Origin: Eledone cirrhosa
Taxonomy: Eukaryota
Length of the DNA: 64,000 nt
Direction of reading: 5' to 3'
Assembly (NCBI GenBank): GCA_964016885.1
Contig: OZ024753.1
Coordinates: 17,484,001 to 17,548,000 of the forward strand
The notes under the pieces were generated by a model. That model was not told the origin of the DNA. It searched no databases and was given only the letters and a program-made list of their open reading frames with translations. Below, one piece after another: positions 58,777 through 64,000 of this stretch. The translations under genes and the position numbers were made by a program. Position 1 is the stretch's first letter. The number at the start of each line of letters is the position of its first letter.

Positions 58777-58842
58777 TATTTCATTATATATATTTCGGGG
58801 ATATCATATTAACAATATGCTATGCCTTCATCAGACAAAATA
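58777..58842 (-). ncRNA. Type I hammerhead ribozyme (family B)
   Basis: Mirror image of 61479-61544. Confidence 0.75.
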
Positions 58843-61082
58843 CAATATAAACAGTTTTATAGATAAATATATTCGACATACCGTAATAAACATCAACTTC
58901 ATTTGAAGAGGTTTACGCTAGCAGTGAAAATACAGAGAGAAAGAAAGAGAGAAAGAAAAGAGGGAAAAAAAGAAAGAAAGAAAGACAAAACGAAGAAAAG
59001 GAAGAAAAAGAAGAAAAAGAAAAAGAAGAAATGCATGGGACAAAATAGAGAGATGGAAAAATAGATAAAGCGAAGAGCTTCATGTAAAGAGACAGAAAGA
59101 GATATATATATAGAGAGAGAGAGGAAATAGAGATAGATACATATATATAGAAAATTAGGTAGTGGGAGGTCATTTTGAGTAAGTGTATCAATGATACATT
59201 TATTTATTTATTTATTTATTTATTTAGCTCAAGTATTAATGTAAGGGATATATAGAGAGATATAGAGAGAGAAAAAAAATTTAAAAATAGCCAGACATAT
59301 TCGAGGCGTAGAAAACCCTATGTTTTAATGTATTAGTATTTATAAAACTTACACTATATTGTAAATATCAGTATTCCTGAATGAAACAAGTATTCACAAT
59401 GTGTGAAAATTCATTATCTTATGTTTAGTTTTAAAAAATTCATATGTTTATGTGACAGCTACAAACATCAATGTGAATCCAACTGATTCACTCCGCAAAC
59501 TCTAGGTTACCGGAAAACATTCTCAATGTGGTATAAAAATTTGAGCGTATTATTATTCTTGCGATTACTCTACAAGATTATCTATCAAGCAGAAATAGAG
59601 AGCAGATTTCAATATACTAATCGAAAATATATATTATATTATAAACAAAGATAACAATAATAATAATAATAAGTAAAAATATATAAAAATATAGAATAGA
59701 AAACTAAAAAAATATTACGAAAGAATATTACATAAAAATATTGCATATTAAAAATACTACGTATTAAAAAATATTACGTATTAAAAATTTACATATAAAA
59801 ATATTAAAAATAATTAAAAATAAAATAAAAAATAAAAATATTATAGAATACTACAATACTAAAAGAATAAAAATAAAAATAAAAATAAAAATAAAAATAA
59901 AAATAAAAATAAAAATAAATCTAAAAATTCCCTTAACCTACGGACAAATTTATTCAGTTGTTGCAAACATAGATTAAACTCAACGTTTAAATATAAATTT
60001 AAATTTAAAATGTAGTATATTTAGTTTGATTTATATTTATATGAGAACTAGCCGATAAATCTTTTGATTCCTAAATCTTTGATTCCCTCTTTTTACTCTT
60101 TTTATTGTTTATTTTATTTTATTTATTTTTATTTTTATCTAAACATTCCTCATGAAAAATTAAGCTACCCTAAAAGCCGATGCTCCAAATTTTTTGAATT
60201 AACCTTACACTAGATAAACTTCTATATTAAATATAGGAACATATGTAGACATTATTGGACATCATAATCTTTTTGCGATATTCTTTGCTAGATGTGATTT
60301 GATAGATAATTTTTGGCTTTGTCTTGTAATGAACTTGGCAATATATTGTCAATTAACTTTGAAGGGTTGTTCTTTGTGGTTTATTTTTATTTTCATTTTT
60401 ATTTTTATTTTTATTTTTATTTTTATTTTTATTCTTTTAGTATTGTAGTATTCTATAATATTTTTATTTTTTATTTTATTTTTAATTATTTTTAATATTT
60501 TTATATGTAAATTTTTAATACGTAATATTTTTTAATACGTAGTATTTTTAATATGCAATATTTTTATGTAATATTCTTTCGTAATATTTTTTTAGTTTTC
60601 TATTCTATATTTTTATATATTTTTACTTATTATTATTATTATTGTTATCTTTGTTTATAATATAATATATATTTTCGATTAGTATATTGAAATCTGCTCT
60701 CTATTTCTGCTTGATAGATAATCTTGTAGAGTAATCGCAAGAATAATAATACGCTCAAATTTTTATACCACATTGAGAATGTTTTCCGGTAACCTAGAGT
60801 TTGCGGAGTGAATCAGTTGGATTCACATTGATGTTTGTAGCTGTCACATAAACATATGAATTTTTTAAAACTAAACATAAGATAATGAATTTTCACACAT
60901 TGTGAATACTTGTTTCATTCAGGAATACTGATATTTACAATATAGTGTAAGTTTTATAAATACTAATACATTAAAACATAGGGTTTTCTACGCCTCGAAT
61001 ATGTCTGGCTATTTTTAAATTTTTTTTCTCTCTCTATATCTCTCTATATCTCTCTATATATCCCTTACATTAATACTTGAGC

Positions 61083-61113
<31 letters not shown>

Positions 61114-61478
61114 ATGTATCATTGATACACTTACTCAAAATGACCTCCCACTACCTAATTTTCTATATATATATATGTATCTATCTCTATTTCCTCTCTC
61201 TCTCTCTATATATATATATATCTTTCTGTCTCTTTATATGAAGCTCTTCGCTTTATCTATTTTTCCATCTCTCTATTTTGTCCCATGCATTTCTTCTTTT
61301 TCTTTTTCTTCTTTTTCTTCCTTTTCTTCGTTTTGTCTTTCTTTCTTTCTTTTTTTCCCTCTTTTCTTTCTCTCTTTCTTTCTCTCTGTATTTTCACTGC
61401 TAGCGTAAACCTCTTCAAATGAAGTTGATGTTTATTACGGTATGTCGAATATATTTATCTATAAAACTGTTTATATTG

Positions 61479-61544
61479 TATTTTGTCTGATGAAGGCATA
61501 GCATATTGTTAATATGATATCCCCGAAATATATATAATGAAATA
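61479..61544 (+). ncRNA. Type I hammerhead ribozyme (family B)
   Basis: tattttgt-CTGATGA-aggcatagcatatt gtt aatatgatatcccc-GAAA-tatata-TA-atgaaata. Confidence 0.75.
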
Positions 61545-61927
61545 AATATGGTTTTATAAATATAGTTTTCCATTTATTTAATATTGTATATTTTATATAT
61601 ATATATTTTATATATATATATATATTTTATATATATATATTTTATACATATATATATATTTTATATATATATTTTATATATATATTTATATTTTATATAT
61701 CGGCATGTTACATTTCAAATTGTGGGCTGTTTCTTTACATTTCTTTCTTTTTGTAATTGTAGGATTTCTATTCCTGTATCTGTGTTTAATGAATATAAAG
61801 TGATTTCCCTGGGAAGTGAATGGATTAGATATGCGCGAGCGTGCTTTTAATCACTGAATACTATATACATACCTTAAAGAGCAAGTGCTGCTGTTGATAA
61901 TCTATTAAATAACAAAGCCCTTGCCAT

Positions 61928-63382
61928 TCTGAGTTCAAATCCCGCCGAGGTTAAATTTGCCTTTCATCCTTACGGGGTCGATAAATGTAATGCACTGGGT
62001 AATTTCTAGCCTTGTGCCAAAAGTAGAAACAATTAAATAACAAAACCATACATTCTGATAAATTAAAATGAAAATAAAAGGGCACGTGTCATCGTCACCA
62101 AATTTAAAATATATTACAGCACCCACAGAGGCCCAAAAACCTTATAACAACTGACGTTTCACCCGAGTATAAATAAAAGACTCCTTTAAAGAACTCACAT
62201 TTATAAATAGATTCTCAACAATGACACATTCTAGCATCTATTAATAATCGTTTCTACTTTTTGGCACAAGCCAGCAATTATCCCAGTGTATTACTGGTAC
62301 TTTATTTTATCGACCCCGTAAGGATGAAAGGCAAAGTTAACCTCGGCGGGATTCGAACTATTAATAATGATTTCTAGTAATTTGGAGGGAGGGGAAGAGT
62401 CAATTAAATCGACCCCAGTACGTTACTGGTGCTTCATTTTATCGATCCCCGTAAGGATGAAAGACAAAGTTAACCTTGGCAGGATTTGAAATCAGACCAC
62501 AAAGGACCGTAACTCTATGCTGCAAGGCATGGCGTCCAACTCCACCGATACTGCCAATCCATCACTCTCTAGCATCTATTAATACTGAGAAAATGAAGAA
62601 TAATCCCCTCTACAGAATTCCACCAAGAAAACCAAGAAATACAACTGACATTCTTAAAAGTTGTACCCATTAATTAGCAACTGCCAAAACCTCGTATATA
62701 CGTAGTCAGTATCCCATCTATTTTTAAGAGTAACATTAATTATATAGGACTGATCGGTTCTGAATTTAATAGCCGATTCTATTAACATAATTACACATGA
62801 CAATAATGCCAAGAAGATTGCATCACTTATTTCGTTTTTGAGAAATAACAATATACCCTTTACATAACGGATACAAAACAGCAGGTGTTTGAAAGTCATC
62901 TACTTCCTGTAGACATTTAAAACTAGAAAAGCTATCGATCACGAAATTCGAAGATACTCATACAGAATTAACTCTTGATGTCTTCACATGGAAATATATT
63001 TCGTTAGATAATCTAATGTCATTCTAATAGTTATAACATGGGATATAACATAATACATCATTTACTTTTTCGTATCTTTTCTTATTTTCCCCTCTCCAAA
63101 TAATGATTTCTAGTATAGGCACAAGGTCAGTAATTTGAGGGGAGGGGAAAGTCGATTAAATCGACCCCAGTATATTACTGGTGCTTTATTTTATTTTAGA
63201 CACATTTTATTTTAGACACAAGGCCAGCAATTATTCAGTACATTACTGGTACTTTATTTTATCGACCCCGTAAGGATGAAAGGCAAAGTTAACCTCGGCG
63301 GGATTTGAACACAGACCGTAAATGGCCATAACTCTATGCTGCAAAGCATGGTGTCCGGTTCTCTACCGGTACTGCCAATCTC
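61928..63382. mobile_element. Cluster of common SINE copies
   Basis: Copies at 61928-62033 (+), 62245-62560 (-) and 63103-63382 (-). Confidence 0.8.
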
Positions 63383-63487
63383 CAAATAATGTATGGTAAC
63401 TAAACTTGCAAGAAAACCAGAGAAATTTCCACTGTACAGAAAACCTATTGCATGAACAAAGAAGCCACCAAATATTATTTCTCAAAC

Positions 63488-63850
63488 TTGTGGATTGTTT
63501 CTGTGTTGACCACTGGTCACTGTTCTCTGTCCTCTGAGGTATTATATTTCATATGCCTGTCACCCACCTTGTGGATTGTTTCTGTGCTGACCACTGGTCA
63601 CTGGTCTCTGAGATATTATATTTCATCTGCCTGTCACCCACCTTGTGGATTGTTTCTGTGTTGACCACTGGCCGCTGGTCTCTGTCCTCTGAGGTATTAT
63701 ATTTCATCTGCCTATCACCCACCTTGTGGATTGTTTCTGTGTTGACCACTGGTCACTGTTCTCTGTCCTCTGAGGTATTATATTTCATCTGCCTGTCACC
63801 CACCTTGGGGATTGTTTCTGTGCTGACCACTGGCCGCTGGTCTCTGCCCA
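63488..63850. repeat. 81-bp minisatellite, ~4.5 copies
   Basis: Unit starting ttgtggattgtttctgtg at 63488, 63569, 63643, 63724 and ~63805. Confidence 0.92.
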
Positions 63851-64000
63851 TCGCTGACTTTGACAGTATTTGGCTGTTTTAACGGTTTTTCTAGCGATGA
63901 GTTTTCTCATTTTCATAGGTATTCAAATACAGTCTTGCTTCGTCTCGATCAGAGACATTGATTTTTCAGTTGATATAGAAACAGGTTTCTACTTGCTGCT

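Larger units (their letters stand above)
58645..61590. mobile_element. Large family B inverted-repeat element (arms ~1.2 kb, spacer ~460 bp)
   Basis: 58733-59918 is the reverse complement of ~60381-61588; ~90-nt extension at 58645-58732; flanked by (TA)n. Confidence 0.88.

Overview
AT-rich, microsatellite-saturated animal genomic DNA. The repeat style suggests an octopus-like cephalopod (inference). No host protein-coding gene is clearly recognisable, and almost all long ORFs in the track are translations of (TA)n, (CA)n or (CT)n repeats. Recognisable content: (1) a rearranged Penelope-like retroelement (RT with YRDDG plus GIY-YIG) with ~480-bp inverted termini at 54.3-57.1 kb; (2) two 5'-truncated CR1/L2-type LINE copies, an RTE LINE 3' fragment and about 8 copies of a non-autonomous RTE-derived element; (3) tRNA-derived SINEs, mariner-type MITEs and 24/33/48/81-bp minisatellites. 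The main signal is a dense population of type I hammerhead ribozyme motifs: about 16 with canonical or near-canonical cores plus degenerate or half copies, in roughly 10 sequence families. They lie in short non-coding elements embedded in (TA)n, arranged as partial tandems or inverted repeats. Several fold back at hammerhead stem II, and many share a TTGAGTRCT motif about 30-60 nt from their 3' ends. This points to a Penelope-mobilised, retrozyme-like system. All ribozyme calls are by-eye folds, not experimentally or computationally validated.
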